A DNA stretch of 64,000 nucleotides from Amoebidium appalachense (lineage: Eukaryota > Protista > Ichthyosporea): assembly GCA_963693365.1 (NCBI GenBank), contig CAVNZM010000008.1, positions 8,436,818 through 8,500,817 of the forward strand, in the 5' to 3' direction. The notes under the pieces are model-generated. The model saw only the letters and a list, made by a program, of their open reading frames with translations. It did no database searches and was not told the origin of the DNA. Positions 50,061 through 64,000 of this stretch are shown one piece after another. The translations under genes were made by a program, and so were the position numbers. Every line of letters begins with the position of its first letter. Position 1 is the stretch's first letter.

Positions 50061-50350
50061 GGTGTGTGTGCGTGTGTTTGTGTGCGCGCGCGTGTGTGTA
50101 GTCACTGGCATCAAAGGTCCTGCGGACGGGGGGTGGTGGGGGGGGGGAGGGGGAGGGCAGGGGGGGGGGGGGAAGGGGGGGGGGAGGGGGGGAGGGGGAG
50201 GAAGCGGGGGAGGTGGGGACGGGGGGGGAATGGTGGCAGTGTGGAAGTACACAGGTGGGCAAAAAAAGAAAAACCTAATCAAAAAGTACATAGGCCCGGA
50301 CGGGTCATGATGCCTCACCGGGGGCGCGGCGGCAGGCGGGCCAAGGGAGG

Positions 50351-50399
<49 letters not shown>

Positions 50400-51123
50400 A
50401 CGGGGATGTGTGCTATAGAAGGGAAAGACACCCGGGGGGGGGGGGGGGGGGGAGGGGGGGGAGGAGGAGGAGGGGAGGGCCATCTTGGGAGGTGCACTAT
50501 AGCTAGGTGGACTGTACATGTACGTGGACATGTTGAAAAAACCCGATTAAGAGGTGGATGAAAGGGTGTAGGCCCACATGTAGATGCGCAGGGGAGAGGG
50601 GAAGGGGGAGGGGGAGGAAGGGGAAAGGGTGAGGGTGGGTGGGTTGGGGGGAGGTGGTGGTGGTGGTTGGGGGGAGGGGGGGATATAATTATTCATTAGC
50701 CTGGATGGGATCATCTAACCAAATAGTAATAATTCAAAAATTAGGGTTTTTTCTAAACGGAATTGCGGATCCAATCAAAGGGCTCAAATCTTTTAGAGTG
50801 AAATTTCGAGTCATTGCTATGCGATCGGCTCATTAGATTTCATTTAATCCGATTCCCGCCCCGGTCCAGGCAATATAATCTTTTTGCCCTAAGCCGCTTC
50901 AGGGGGGGGGGGGGGGGGGGGGAGGGGGGGGAGGGGGGGGGGGGGGAACGCTTCGACCCCCTCCCGTGGCACCCACCAACCCAGAAACAATACACAATAG
51001 GAAACAAAATAAACAAAAATTAGGAGAACAGAAAGAAACACAAAAGAAGACGAAAACAAGAGCAGGCTGTCGGTGCTTGCAAAAACGAAAGATGATATTG
51101 AGCTGTAACTGCATTGATTAGCA

Positions 51124-51490
51124 AGGTTTACCACAGGATCATTATGTATTGATATCGATTAAGGCCCTGCGAAACATAAACACTGTATATGTAGATGATC
51201 ATCGGCGGTCTGAAAACAAGAATTAATGATAAATCTCTACTGAAAGCAAAAGAAAAGCTTTGAATGATTAATAATATTGACATCTGCATCCGAAGTGTTT
51301 TAGGCTGTGACCCGTGGCAACCAACCTCATTATGCATTGACTCTGAATTACTTCAAAAGGATCTGTCGGGGCGACATGATTACACACTTTAAGGCAGAAT
51401 TGTACCGTACATGATAGCTATATTTAGATATATATGAAAATGTTTTAACCGACGCGGCATGTTTCTGACAATGTGTAAGCAGTGCTCCGG
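51124..51490 (+). pseudogene. Decayed Ty1/copia reverse transcriptase fragment
   Basis: In order across frameshifts: DHYVL-x11-VYVDD (51137-51199), NDKSLLKAKEKL, LGC, RYI*KCFNRRGM (51426-51461), matching copia RT motif order. Confidence 0.5.
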
Positions 51491-51870
51491 TGGTAGGGCC
51501 GTGGTTGGCTGCCTGGTTCGTGCATGCTGCAAAGAGGACCGAATCGAGCTCAAAACGTACATGTCTAACAGTAACAGCATGTAGCAAAGGCGAACGGTAT
51601 GATTATTATGTTCAAGTGCTTTCAAGGCTTCAAATCTTGGTGATGTTGTTTCTATGTTGTTTCTTTTGGTGATGCTGTTTCTACTAACTATGACAGATAC
51701 CTCGGTCGATAGGATGTGAGATTCAATGCATCATAATACTAGTAGTTCGCTGGTATTCATATTCGGATAGTATCCATATCACACATGTGTCTGAGTCTAG
51801 AGTACATAGGTGACTTAAAGATGAACTCCGCCGGGCTCGCGACTGTGTTACGTATACATTGTGTGATACA

Positions 51871-51912
<42 letters not shown>

Positions 51913-52741
51913 GCGCGTGTGCACGGGCCTGTACGTGTGTGTTTTCCACTACATTATTGCATTATAACTGAGGCTTGCGACAATTTTTCAGTGTATGTGT
52001 GTCTATAGAATAGAATCCGATCGGAATCGGATATGCCGTGTACCAGCATGATGGTTATGGACCGGCTGAGTTTGTGTCCGTCTGTGCTAGACCGTCCTGA
52101 GCCACACCCATTCCGAGCGGGGAGGGGAGGGGGGAAGGGGAGGGGGAGGCGGGGAGGGGGGGGGGGGGGGGGGGGGAGGAGGGGAGGGGGAAAGGATGGG
52201 AAGGGGAAAGGGGGGAGAGGAAGGAGGGGAAGAGGAAAATTTAGGGAAGGTTACTTGCCTGCATGCAAAGGAGGGTGGAAAAGTCGGATGAAAACTTGGA
52301 AACACCACAAGTTACTGTAAAAGCATAAAACCCGAATGACTGCAAATTCCACAATGCCTATAATCAGTTCTGAAGATCTTCTATTATAAGGCCTTCAAAA
52401 TAGACGTTTCGACCCATTTCGCTCTGGTCCCTTGCTGATTGTTGTCGGGGCATCATTTTAATTTTCTGGGGGGGGGGGGGGGGGGAGGGAGGTTAGTGGA
52501 GGGGGGGGGGGGGGGGGGGTGTGAAGGTTGGGGGGTCGGGAGCGGTAAGGGGGGGGGGGGGGGGAGGGGGGGGGGGGGAGGGGGCGGGGGGGTGAGGGTT
52601 GGGCGGTTGGGAGGGTGGGTGGGTGGGTTGGGGAGAGGGGGGGGGGGGGGGGGGGGGGTTGGGAAGGCTGTCTTTTAGAATAAGCTGTGCGCATTGATGA
52701 CCGAGACTGCTTTCTTCCTTTCTTTCTTCCTTCCTTCCTTC

Positions 52742-52797
<56 letters not shown>

Positions 52798-52852
52798 TTC
52801 TTTTTTTCTTGTTGTTGGGTGGGTGGGTGGGTTGGGGGAGAGGGGGTTGGGA

Positions 52853-52905
<53 letters not shown>

Positions 52906-53028
52906 TGCACTCCGGACCAAAGGAAAAAGCAAAACCGAAAAAAAAAAAGAAAGAAAAAAAAAGAAAGAAAGAAAGAAAGAAAGGAAGGAAGAAAGAACGG
53001 AAAGAAAGGAACATTTGTGTGTGTGTGT

Positions 53029-53152
<124 letters not shown>

Positions 53153-53339
53153 ACGGTCTGTGTATGGTGTAAACGAAGAAAACAAAAACATCTAACAGCC
53201 CGGGTGGGGAACAAAAAGGTTGTTTTTATCCTTCCTTCTTAAGTTTGTTTTGTGATGTGTATGCATTTTTTTTTTTTTTCCCCCTTCTTCTTCTTCTCCT
53301 TCTCCTTCTTTATACTTCTTCTTCTTCTTTTTTTTTTTT

Positions 53340-53370
<31 letters not shown>

Positions 53371-53819
53371 GGGAAGAGGGGGGGGGGAGAGGGGGGGGAG
53401 GGGGGGGGAGGGGGGAGGAGGGGGGGGGAGGGGGGGGGGGGGGGGGCTGCTCGAGTGTATCGGATTCCCCTAGTTAAACGTTACAAGTGTTCAATGATTA
53501 TGCTCATGCGAGATAGGTGCTGTTTGTATCACATACAGTGAAACTTTACAACTGTGGCCTGAAGCTATTGCTATAAGCAGCCTAGTCGGATGAACAGAAT
53601 ATCCATTGTACCTAATTACGTTAACTTTAACTAATTGATCTGACCCGGATTTGAACCATGTCCGTCTGCCGGCGCCTCAAATGTTCCCTCGAATCTCTGT
53701 ACAAAGTACAAGTTGAACGAAAAGTGTTGACATGCTACTTGTTTCCGCTTAACAGAAAGAAGGAACAAGTATACAATAAGGGCTTTTCCGGCGGGCAACC
53801 CCCCCCCCCCCCCCCCCCA

Positions 53820-53854
<35 letters not shown>

Positions 53855-53943
53855 AAAAAAAAACGAGGGGATAGAATTATGTTCTTAAGATCTCAGGCTG
53901 CCCTGAATACAGAAGCATCCGTGGCCACTTAAATCATTGATCC

Positions 53944-53984
<41 letters not shown>

Positions 53985-54787
53985 CGCACCACCACGTGCA
54001 CCAAAAAAAACAAACAAAAAAAACAATAAAATGATAAAAAAATAAATGAAAAAGAAGGAAATAGCACAAAGTCTTGCTGCCTAAGTCACGTACATGCAGA
54101 TGCTGCTTGTGCAGGAAGGGGGTACTTTCGCTCAACAAGAAACAGGCCACAGTGGGCATAGAATACGTTATGCGCTTGTATTGACAGTTTGTGTGTTTAT
54201 GTGCGTGCTTAGCAAGGCTGAACACGTGTGCCTAAATCACACACATGCACCTACGGATAAATCATAATGAACATGTTGTGCATGCAAACAGTTGAGACGC
54301 CCTGTTAGGAGTGCCACTTCCTTGGCACCTTGCTATGAATGTAGTATATATACCTGATAACACCTTGGAAATGTAATAATTGATACGCCCTGCTATTACA
54401 ATGTGAAAATACCTGACACACACCTTAATATCATCCTCCCCCCCCCCCCCCCCCCCTCCCCTTCACTTAATTAAAACCCGACGATCATTAGTACTAGTCT
54501 AAATCTACCTCTCTCCCTCCCCCCATTCTCCCTCCCTCCCTCCCTCCCTCTCTCTTTCGGACTCTCTCTCTTCCCCTCCCCATCCCCCTCTCCCCCCTCC
54601 CCCCTCCGGGGTACTCCCCCTCCCCACCTCCCCCTCCCCTCCCCCCTCCCCATCCCCCCCCCCCCCCCCCCCCCTCTCTCTCTCTCTATCTCCCCCCCCC
54701 TCTCTCTCTCTCCTCCCCCCCCCCCTCTCTCTCTCTTTCTCTCTCTCTCTCTCTTCTCCCCCCCCTCCCCCCCCCTCCTCCCCCCCC

Positions 54788-54821
<34 letters not shown>

Positions 54822-56320
54822 TGAGGCTCGGTCAGAGCTCGAGTCGAAGGTCGGAGATTCGAAGTGTAGGGGGAAAACATCTGTGGTTTTCACTGCATTT
54901 GATTGGTGTTCTTAAGAAGTCCTTTGTCATATGATTGGATGAAAGACTCTGTGGCTCAGTTCCCCCTCGCTGATGGGGTGATCCTTTTCGCAAATTTTAT
55001 TAAACTTTGTTGGTTTTTGTCAATTTGAAGTCTTCAGCAACGTGTTCCTGCATTACGGCAACTATGGGCTCATAAACCAGAAATATCTTATCACTTGGGG
55101 GAAGAAAAAGATTATTTACTATAGGATAACTGCCCATGTAGTCTCTACAGGTCTGCTGCCGTGAGTCAGTGGCTCAGTGCGACTCTTCACTTTGTGTTAT
55201 TTAGAGTTTGTAATACGTGTATGTACATTCGAATTTGAACATTCAAGATTCCTATCCGACCCACAGGCCGCGGTACTGTACCGGTGCAGTCGACTTTGAA
55301 CGGCTGGCCAGGAGTGGCTTAGGCAAATAAAATGTGTTTGTCGTCTCTCAGTAAGTTACAAATAAAAGTTTCAAAAATCCTTCAACTTCAAGACCAACCA
55401 TGCACGCACGGTTGCGGAAATCGACGTCATAAGCGGCTTTTGATATCGCTGACCGGAAACCAATCGTATTCCGGTTCTATACCCAAATATCCTAAGAGGT
55501 CTCACAGATTGAAGTTCTCATATAGATTTTTAATGAAATACGTGTTATTTGCACCATTAATCATTTAATATATCAAATAAGCACATATTAGTCGTATATT
55601 TTTGCGTCTGAAGTACTTTTGGATTATTCTTACAAGAAAAAATCTATATTCTTTCCAATGTGCATAGGAATTGGAGGTGGGCAAAAAACCTTTCAGGTGG
55701 CACGGATCTCGATTCCGAATCTATTTTCAACCAATCATCTACACCAACGATCTTTTTCTAACGCTGTTTGGCTGCCGCATCCATAAAGTTCGACCAATCA
55801 AATGCGCGTAGATGGAATCCGTCTGGTGATAAAAGTGGCTCGGGCCATGCGCGGTATGTCAGTTTGAACTTTTGAACCCAACCAGAACCCACGGGTGTTG
55901 CTTCTCTTTTTTTTCTTATCTGTGAGTGTGTAGCACGCGTTTTTGTGGGGTGTTATGAAACACGTTTCCTCTCTGCAAATTAGTGTCCTGCTCTTGTCGG
56001 ATATGTATAACTAAGTCGGTGTTTATGAGTGTGTGAAAGCTCACTTCCTATTGTGAACCGAGGTTTTTTCTTTTTTTTTTTTTGTAAGTATGAAAAGAAA
56101 GTAAGGCTGCTGTTCGAAAACGATTTTCGCGTGACACTGTTCAAGTTCTTTACCTTCGAAGCACAAGTTGTTCGTAGTATTCAATACCAATTACGAGCGA
56201 AAAAGCACATGCTAGGATTTGATAGCACTAAAGTTTTATTATTGTCAGTCTTAACTCCTTTCACGATTGTAACATTCAAAACGAGCTTTGATACTGCTTC
56301 CTCACGTTTACCAAACCGTC

Positions 56321-57200
56321 ATGCTGAGTACAACAGAACAATCGGGTGATGGTCGCTCACAAGACCCACCACCCCCCAAACTAATCGCTCCAATGTCCAC
56401 ACCAGCCATGCAACCCGCCCCCGCCGCCTCACAGGCAGGAGTGCCACCCACCACTCATGCTCCCCCTCCTCCACACCCTGGCTACATGCCTTATGCATAT
56501 GGGCCCCCTCCCGGTGCCTACTATTACCCCCACCCGGGTTTCTATTACCCTCCTCCCGGTCAGCCTTATGCGGCCGGATATCCTCCCCACGTGCCCTATG
56601 CTGCGGGCCCTCCCCCTGCACCTGCCCCACGTCCCAACGTTACTATGCCTGTTAACATTGCGCCTGCGCCGCCTAATGTCGCTGCCCTCCTAAGAAATCA
56701 CCAGGGCCCGTTACAAGCCGGAAAGGGCACCGAAAGTCACACGGCGTTTAATCAACTGCTGGAATCCCTTGCGCAAGAACTGCAGAAATGGCGCCGGGCA
56801 GTGAGCAAGCAGGCTCAGTTGGCAGTTGAGACTGGAAAACCCCAGGCACCAAGCAAGGAAGCAGGGCAGTTGGCAGATGCAATGAAACAGAAATGGCACC
56901 TGGAATACTTGAAAAAGTACGTGGATGGGCTAACGTTGCCGAAGGGGGAGTACGACACGGAGCTTCCAGGCGGCCCCGAGGGGGGGGGGGTCCGAGCGCG
57001 AATTTCAAGCGGAAATTGTGGACTTGGTGGCGGTGAACCAGCACCAGCAGAATGGCCCCGTATATGCGCTCGAGGTGACCAAGCGGAGATATCACGCTCG
57101 GTGGGGGTTCTATAACTATGTGCGCTTGACGGTGACCTCCGATTTGAGATTGTCTGTTCAGGTATGCTGCAGAGTCCATTCTCTACCCCCTCAACACCAC

Positions 57201-57259
<59 letters not shown>

Positions 57260-58197
57260 TTCAGTTTCTTGCGTGTGTCCTCTATACCTGTGTAAAAGAC
57301 CAAGTCATTTGCAACACCATAAACCCGCGCAAGCCCCGCCTCAGCCTCCCTCTACTGAGTAATATGAACACTCACTCAGAGTCTGCCCCCTTCCCCCCCC
57401 CCCCTCTTCCTCCTCTCACTGAACCACACCAACACACTTTCGTCCCAGTGCTTGTATACCCGGTGAACAAAAAAACTGTTCGTTGGTTGTTTCTCTACCC
57501 CTGCACGGTGGCTTTCCTTAGCTGCATTCACCACACTTTTGTCTTTCTTTTGCCTGCAAGATTTTTCAGGGCCCACGCGTTATGCTGCGAGCGCGGGCGC
57601 GCGCATGCGCGCGCGCACCCACCCACCCACACACATTTACTCACACGCACCGTCCCCCTCCCCCCCCCCCCCTGGTGTATAAAGAGAAGTACTTGCGTCG
57701 AAAGTCGTGTGATAATTTCTTTTTCTCTGCATGCATCATCATTTCTGGACACGTGTTTTCTTCATTTGCCATGCTCAACGATCCCTCGGGCCCTTTTCCG
57801 GTCCCCTCCTTCATATTACAAGGTCTTTCATGATACACACACACACACTCGCTCAAGCATTCACTCACTCACGCTCTCACTGGCACTTCCTCTTGTTTCA
57901 TTGTCACACACACACACACACACACACACGTACACGTACACGCACTTGTATCACTACAACAAATCACTCACTCACTCGGCCAGCTTGGCCTATTACTGTA
58001 ACCCCCCTCCCCCTCCCCCTCCCCCCACCCTTCCGAAGGAAGGAAAAATGGATTCAAACTCGGTGTTGTGGTTGACTAGTGCTCCCCTTGAGTATGGGCT
58101 CTTCTTGTGATGCATACTCGTTATTATGGTGGTTTGCATTCTGCATGTGTTGTCCGTCATGAATTTGTACTTGGTACACGTAACACATTCTAATCCT

Positions 58198-58242
<45 letters not shown>

Positions 58243-58538
58243 AAATATAAAAAAAAATATAAAAAAAAATTAAAAATACAAAATAAAAAATTTAAATAAA
58301 AAACACACACTTTCACCTTTACAGATCGACCTGCGTCCGTACGAGCACGAGACCGACCTCGAGTCGTTCGACCAGTTTAGCGCCATGGTACACAAACTGT
58401 CGACAAAGGGTGCCCGTGTGGTGTGTGGGGGCATACAGGGGTTCACCAGGTACGCACCCATCTCCTACGGCAAGGGGGACTATCAGAGGAGCGAGTTTCC
58501 GGAGGAGGATACGGCGTTCCATATGCGGTGCAAGGTGC

Positions 58539-58576
<38 letters not shown>

Positions 58577-58948
58577 TTTTTTTTTTCCATCGTGTTTTTG
58601 TTTTTTTCTTTTCTTTCTAACGGATTTCATCTCCCCCCTATACACTCTGTGTGTGGTTTGCAGTCTGCATTGTGTTGTTTGTTATGAATGTGTATTTGCA
58701 CTCTCTAATGCGTTGTAACCCCTCCCCCTCCCCCCGCCGCCCCTCCTTCCCCCCGGCTCCATGACCCTCACTCACGTTTTTGTGCATTTTTTCTCTCTGT
58801 CTGCCTCTGTTTCTCTCTACGTGGCCCTCGCCTTCTCTCATTCACATGCCGTCATTCACTGTTGCCCTGTGGCGCTCTCTCCACTTCGCTCTCTCTCTCT
58901 TGTTCTCTTCACTCCCTGCCTGGCTCTCTCTCTCTCTATCTCCCCCCC

Positions 58949-58983
<35 letters not shown>

Positions 58984-59544
58984 TGGAGACCACTTTACTT
59001 CCATGCAACCGGGCATGGTTGCTCTGTGTCGTGCATCTGTAAGCACATACACATTTTTCGCTGCACTGCATTAGTTTGCACACATATCTTCGCCGTTTTG
59101 CTCACCTTGCTTGCATAAGCAACCCTGCTCGTCTTTGATCAAGACGGGTTGACCCTCCCAAGTTCAGTTGATGCTGCTGTCTGAGTTGGAGAGTCGTATA
59201 TACGCGGGCTAAGGGGTCAAAACTCAGACGCAATTGATGACTTGGGCCCTCCCTGAGGATGGGCTCTGCTTTTGACGCATACTGTGCGCATGGCTGATGT
59301 TGCATACTTAAATGTTTGCCTTTGCATGTGTCCCGCACCATGCTTCTCATCGTGTATGCGTACTTCGTACCGTGTTCCGCATTCAAACCCCCCCCCACCC
59401 CCCCTTCCCCCCGTCTCCCTCCCTATCAAATGTACATGTGCTCGTGTGTTTGTTGTTTTGTTTGTGTGCGCACGCTGCCCTTACCCTTTCTACCCCCTTC
59501 CACCCGCCCACCTACCGCCGTGCGCGCACACACACACAAACAAA

Positions 59545-59582
<38 letters not shown>

Positions 59583-61091
59583 TTTTCGCACATACCGGAA
59601 CACACACGAGTTATGTGCTTGTGCTTACATACACACGTGCGTACTTGTTCACACTTGTGCTTGCTCACACATGCTTGCACAAGCACGTGCTTACGCACAC
59701 ACTTCACACACGTGGGCATGCAACATAATCACGTGGCAATTGTTCCATGGAAATATCTGAATATTCCATATGACGTTTAGCAATACCTAAAAAGGAGATT
59801 TTATTCAATACCCGAGGGTGACCCATGTAGAGGAGTTCTCCAGAAATGTCAACATACACCTAGCAAACGTATGATTTATCAAATCTTTTAACCCTTTTAT
59901 AATATTCCAAATACTTAACCCCTTTCGTCTATGCAGGTGTGGTTCCGTCCGATCGATTCCCCCGACCCGTACCAAAAGCACCAATGCGAAGCCTGCGCCA
60001 CATACGCCGAAGAGCTTGCAATTCTTTTGAACGAATACGAAAATTTGCGCATGAAGCAACCCCCCTACGACGACATTGGCTCTCCCGTGCCCCAACCCCA
60101 CCAAATTTCCTCCTCGTCGTATAGATACCCCTCGCAAACATCGCCGCGCGACCACATGGGAGCCTATGGACACCCCCCGCTTCCTTCCGAACACCACGAA
60201 AGTTTGCCTTTGTCCCACGAGGAGAGATTGGTGATGGGAGGAGTTGGGGAAGAGCACGTAAATTCGCCCCACCACACCACGCAAGGCGGGGTTGGAACGG
60301 GGGTTGTGGCAGGTGGAAGGGATCGAGAGATGGGAGGGGCAGCGGGGAGACAGGGCGTGCACGTGCACGAAGGGATGTATCGTAGGAGTGGGTCGGGCGA
60401 CGGGACCTATGGGGGGGTTTTTTCACCGACCGGGGGGTTTTCGGCGGTCTCCGGGGCCGGGGCTCATGAACACGAGGGTAGGCTAAGCGGATACGGAAAC
60501 GAATCGCCGTATGATCACGCGGCAATCGCGCGCATTCCAACGTTGCATTCTTCGCATTCCTCGCGATCGCAAGGCGGTTCGCCTGGGGAGGAGGGGGTGG
60601 TTGGAGGCGGTTCCATACCCCCCTTAGTGGGCCACGTCATGACACAGGGGAAGAGGGGGATGAATATGGAGGAAGAGGTGGGGGGGTTGGACGTGAAGAG
60701 CGTAAAAAGGTTAAGGTGGGGGGACCATCACCGCCATCGCGACGGAAATGGAGCAATGGCCGGTTCTGATTCGTGGGAGGCCGATCAGGCGGTGAGCGGG
60801 ATTAACGATTACGCCGATCATGGCACGATTGCGATCGGAGGCGGGTATGCCGCAAACGAGGGTCGCGAAAATGAGGAAACAGGGGCGAGGTTGGAGGGGT
60901 ATTATGGTGGGGAAGGGGGGGAGAACGGGGATGTGAAGCATGTGGTGGGGGGTGGGGGCGGGGGATATGAAGGGAGAGGTGGGTGGGGAGAAGGGGTAGG
61001 GGTGGGGGGTGTGGGTGTGGGGGCGGGTGTGGGCGGGGTGCCGAGGCCGGAAAGGCAGGTGGTAGTGGGGGGGACGGCGGGGTCGGTTTGA
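56321..61091 (+). CDS. 3-exon hypothetical protein: Pro/Tyr-rich N-terminus, central putative zinc-binding domain, Gly-rich tail
   Basis: Exons 56321-57161, 58325-58534, 59937-61091 with phase-0 GT-AG junctions. Needs one G removed from the G-run 56980-56990 (likely homopolymer error). Motif CGGI...H.RC.VW...CEAC. Confidence 0.75.
58982..59385 (-). mobile_element. Solo copy of the 404-bp LTR-like repeat, in intron 2 of the 56321-61091 gene
   Basis: Same length as, and near-identical to, 42354-42757; TG...CA ends; flanked by C-runs. Confidence 0.85.
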
Positions 61092-61180
61092 TTGGTTGGG
61101 GTGTGTGTGTGTTGGCTATCAGGAAGCATGTGTGTGTGTGCGTGTGTGGGTGTATGTGTGTGTGTGTGTGTATGTGTGTG

Positions 61181-61213
<33 letters not shown>

Positions 61214-61254
61214 GGGGGGTGGGATTGTGGATGAGTGTGTCTGCCTGTGTGTGT

Positions 61255-61292
<38 letters not shown>

Positions 61293-62236
61293 GTTAGGGG
61301 CTTGCTTTTTTTTAAGCGTTTTGTTTGAGCTATTTGTGATCTTCGTTCGTTGTCCACGGTTGCTGAGTGCTGTGCGGTGCTCTTGTTGTAGACTTGAAAA
61401 GTTGGGTGGTGTGGCGTTGGTTGTGGACACCAGACGTACAGATACATAGAGTGCATGCACAAACACAAACACACGGACACAACGTGTGCACGTACGCACA
61501 CGTACATACATGTGTGCGCGCACGCCACACACATGAATTCCCACACACACACACGACATACACACACACACTATGGTTGATTTTAGAGTTGATATTGCTC
61601 CTGCAAAACGTATATCCACATGAAATTTCATTCGTACGTATTTCTAAATACCGTACTAATGCCACCATAGATCGTATTCCAAGGCTCGCTCTATTTTTTT
61701 GTGTGACGTTTGAATTATAGACAAAGCAATGCGAGAAATGTAATAAATGATAATACGACCAACCTGAAACCCAAAATAACCGTTTTTCTTTTTCCGATTT
61801 CCGGTTTCAGGCAATAGTTGAAATTCATGTTGTGGGGACACGGCTCTGTGACTGTTGTTCACATGCATATATGATTATTCTTCACTCAGCGAGTGATGTG
61901 ATGTTAAATGAGTGGTTTTCATCATGTTCCAAGTTACCTGTCGCAAAGCCAAGGCCTCATGGGATATCAGGAGGCCTTGGGCAAAGCTACAAGTATATCC
62001 CCCCCCCCCCCCCCCCCCCCCCCTCCGGGCCCCAAACACACACACACACACAAACACACGCAAATGAGCAGTTTTCGATACTATATATGAGACGTCTCTT
62101 ATACATGTACATATGCAAGGTCCGACCACTCGGAGACTTCAGCGCCGCGAACCCATTCCGTGGCATGCATGTACACACATACTACCGTACCGGGCAACAG
62201 TCACACCATTTTATTATTAATTACTTGCACATGGCA

Positions 62237-62295
<59 letters not shown>

Positions 62296-62437
62296 AAAAA
62301 AACACACACACACACACATGTGGACATACACACACGTCACAACCACACACACACGACACGCACACACTGTGACACACCGTGATATGTACAGTACGTCACA
62401 CACACTCCCCGGGGCCTCCCTCCCCCCCCGCACTGTC

Positions 62438-62475
<38 letters not shown>

Positions 62476-62514
62476 AGCTCTCTCTCTCTCCCTCCCCCCC
62501 CCCCCCCCCCCCCC

Positions 62515-62554
<40 letters not shown>

Positions 62555-62568
62555 CCTCCCCCCCCCTC

Positions 62569-62630
<62 letters not shown>

Positions 62631-62670
62631 CCTCTCTCTCTCTCTCTCTCTCTCTCCCCCCCTCTCTCTC

Positions 62671-62707
<37 letters not shown>

Positions 62708-63251
62708 TCTCCCTCTCTCCCTCCCTCCCTCCCTCCCTCCCTCCCTCCCTCCCTCCCTGTCTCTCTAGGATTGTGACTACTATCACATTGACCTATTTAA
62801 AATTATATCAGCATCACCACATGCCACCTCTAAATGGGTCTCTCTTCTGACAGTCTGGCCATATGCATAACGGGAGTCTTCGGAAACCTCGGGTGTATCG
62901 GTGTACCGTGATCTGATTGGCGCCTTTTTCCCTGCAGGCTAGCCTGCGCGCGGATCTTCCACGAAAACGTAATATTTGTACAATATTAGCTGAATATATT
63001 ATGTCTACTAAAAAAACACTGCACCTTTATTTTCGTGTAGTAACGTGATAGCTAATATTAGGTGTGGCGTGCGTTAGGAACTGTAGCTATAGGTGCAGGT
63101 AGGAGCATGCATGCAGTGGCTGTGTGTGACACTGTGCTCAGTGGCTGATCACATACTGTAGACTGCGGTAGCCCGGGGTGCAGTCAGTGACCGTTGCGCC
63201 AGATTTCTCATCGTGCGGCCCGCTACATTGCCCCAACGGTTGACTTTTAAG

Positions 63252-63258
63252 TATAAAA
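63252..63258 (+). promoter_or_regulatory. Candidate TATA box upstream of the RING gene
   Basis: TATAAAA about 380 nt before ATG 63630. Confidence 0.35.
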
Positions 63259-63629
63259 GGGACAGCGAAGATTATTTCGTGACAGCCCTTCATTACCCGC
63301 TAATCTAGCTAGGCACTCCGGCGTTTCCTTTTGTCCCCTTCCTCTAAATTTCCTCACCAAGTTTCTTTATATATATCCTTTCCCCGTCTCACACGCTAAG
63401 TGCACGTTTCTTTTTCCTCGTTGACCTCCTGTTACAGTACTGGTGCCATGTGCACGCAAAGCTCGCTGCTCAGGCTCCTACATGCCAGCACATTATTAGT
63501 ATATGCACGTATACACTTATTACTACACAGTGAGATACCGTATGGTAATTAACTGGCAGCGGTACCGTGAAATATGCGCATGCACAGCGGCACACATCCC
63601 AAGTAATACCTCCATTGACTACGGTTATT

Positions 63630-64000
63630 ATGGACCTAAACAGCTGCCCAATGTGCCACAACACCTTCAACCGCAACTTCGACAGCCAGACTTGGCCTCG
63701 TGTGGCCATGTTTTGTGCTCTCCCTGTCTCGAGACGTTGCCCGAAAGCGGTGTATGTTGCCCTGTGTGCAAAACTGAGCTTCCAAAATGCACAAACACGA
63801 CTCGGAGACAGGAAAAGGCGACAACAGCGGCGTGGTGGTGCGTGCAACACAAGGACTACGTGGAAACAGAGGGCATCACCACAAACGGAACAAACGGAGC
63901 ATGTTACGAGCATGAAAAATGTGAGGTAAAGCCGGTCGCCGTCATCGACCGAGAAGTGGAAGACCTGCTCAAACACGCGAGAGTGCTGCAGGAAAAATCT
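63630..64000 (+). CDS. RING-HC (C3HC4) finger protein, TRIM-like; frameshift near 63670-63690; runs off the window
   Basis: MDLNSCPMC in one frame. In the shifted frame RQPDLASCGHVLCSPC...CPVCK, then WCVQH...CYEH..C (B-box-like) and a helical stretch open to 64000. Confidence 0.75.

Overview
Eukaryotic genomic DNA with GT-AG spliceosomal introns packed with poly-C/poly-G and (CA)n/(TG)n tracts. Nearly all short ORFs in the supplied track are microsatellite noise. A unicellular opisthokont/holozoan source is inferred from gene content only. Supported + strand genes: the 3' part of ELP1, a secreted GH18 chitinase, a secreted two-domain fasciclin, a syntenin-like tandem-PDZ gene, an intronless 712-aa orphan, a 3-exon gene with a putative Cys-rich zinc domain, and a frameshifted RING/TRIM-like gene running off the end. 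The most unusual object is an 8.07-kb composite element (24498-32569) bounded by 27-bp PIF/Harbinger-like terminal inverted repeats but with no transposase. It contains (i) a 2.4-kb cassette with Helentron/Helitron2-type ends carrying a decayed, intronless multi-pass membrane protein gene of unknown family, (ii) an 8-copy 18/20-bp tandem array and (iii) an APE-RT LINE with an intact ORF2, poly-A tail and candidate TSD. A 404-bp structured LTR-like family forms a TRIM-like unit, and there are copia-RT and chromodomain relics. All calls are by eye; no searches were run.
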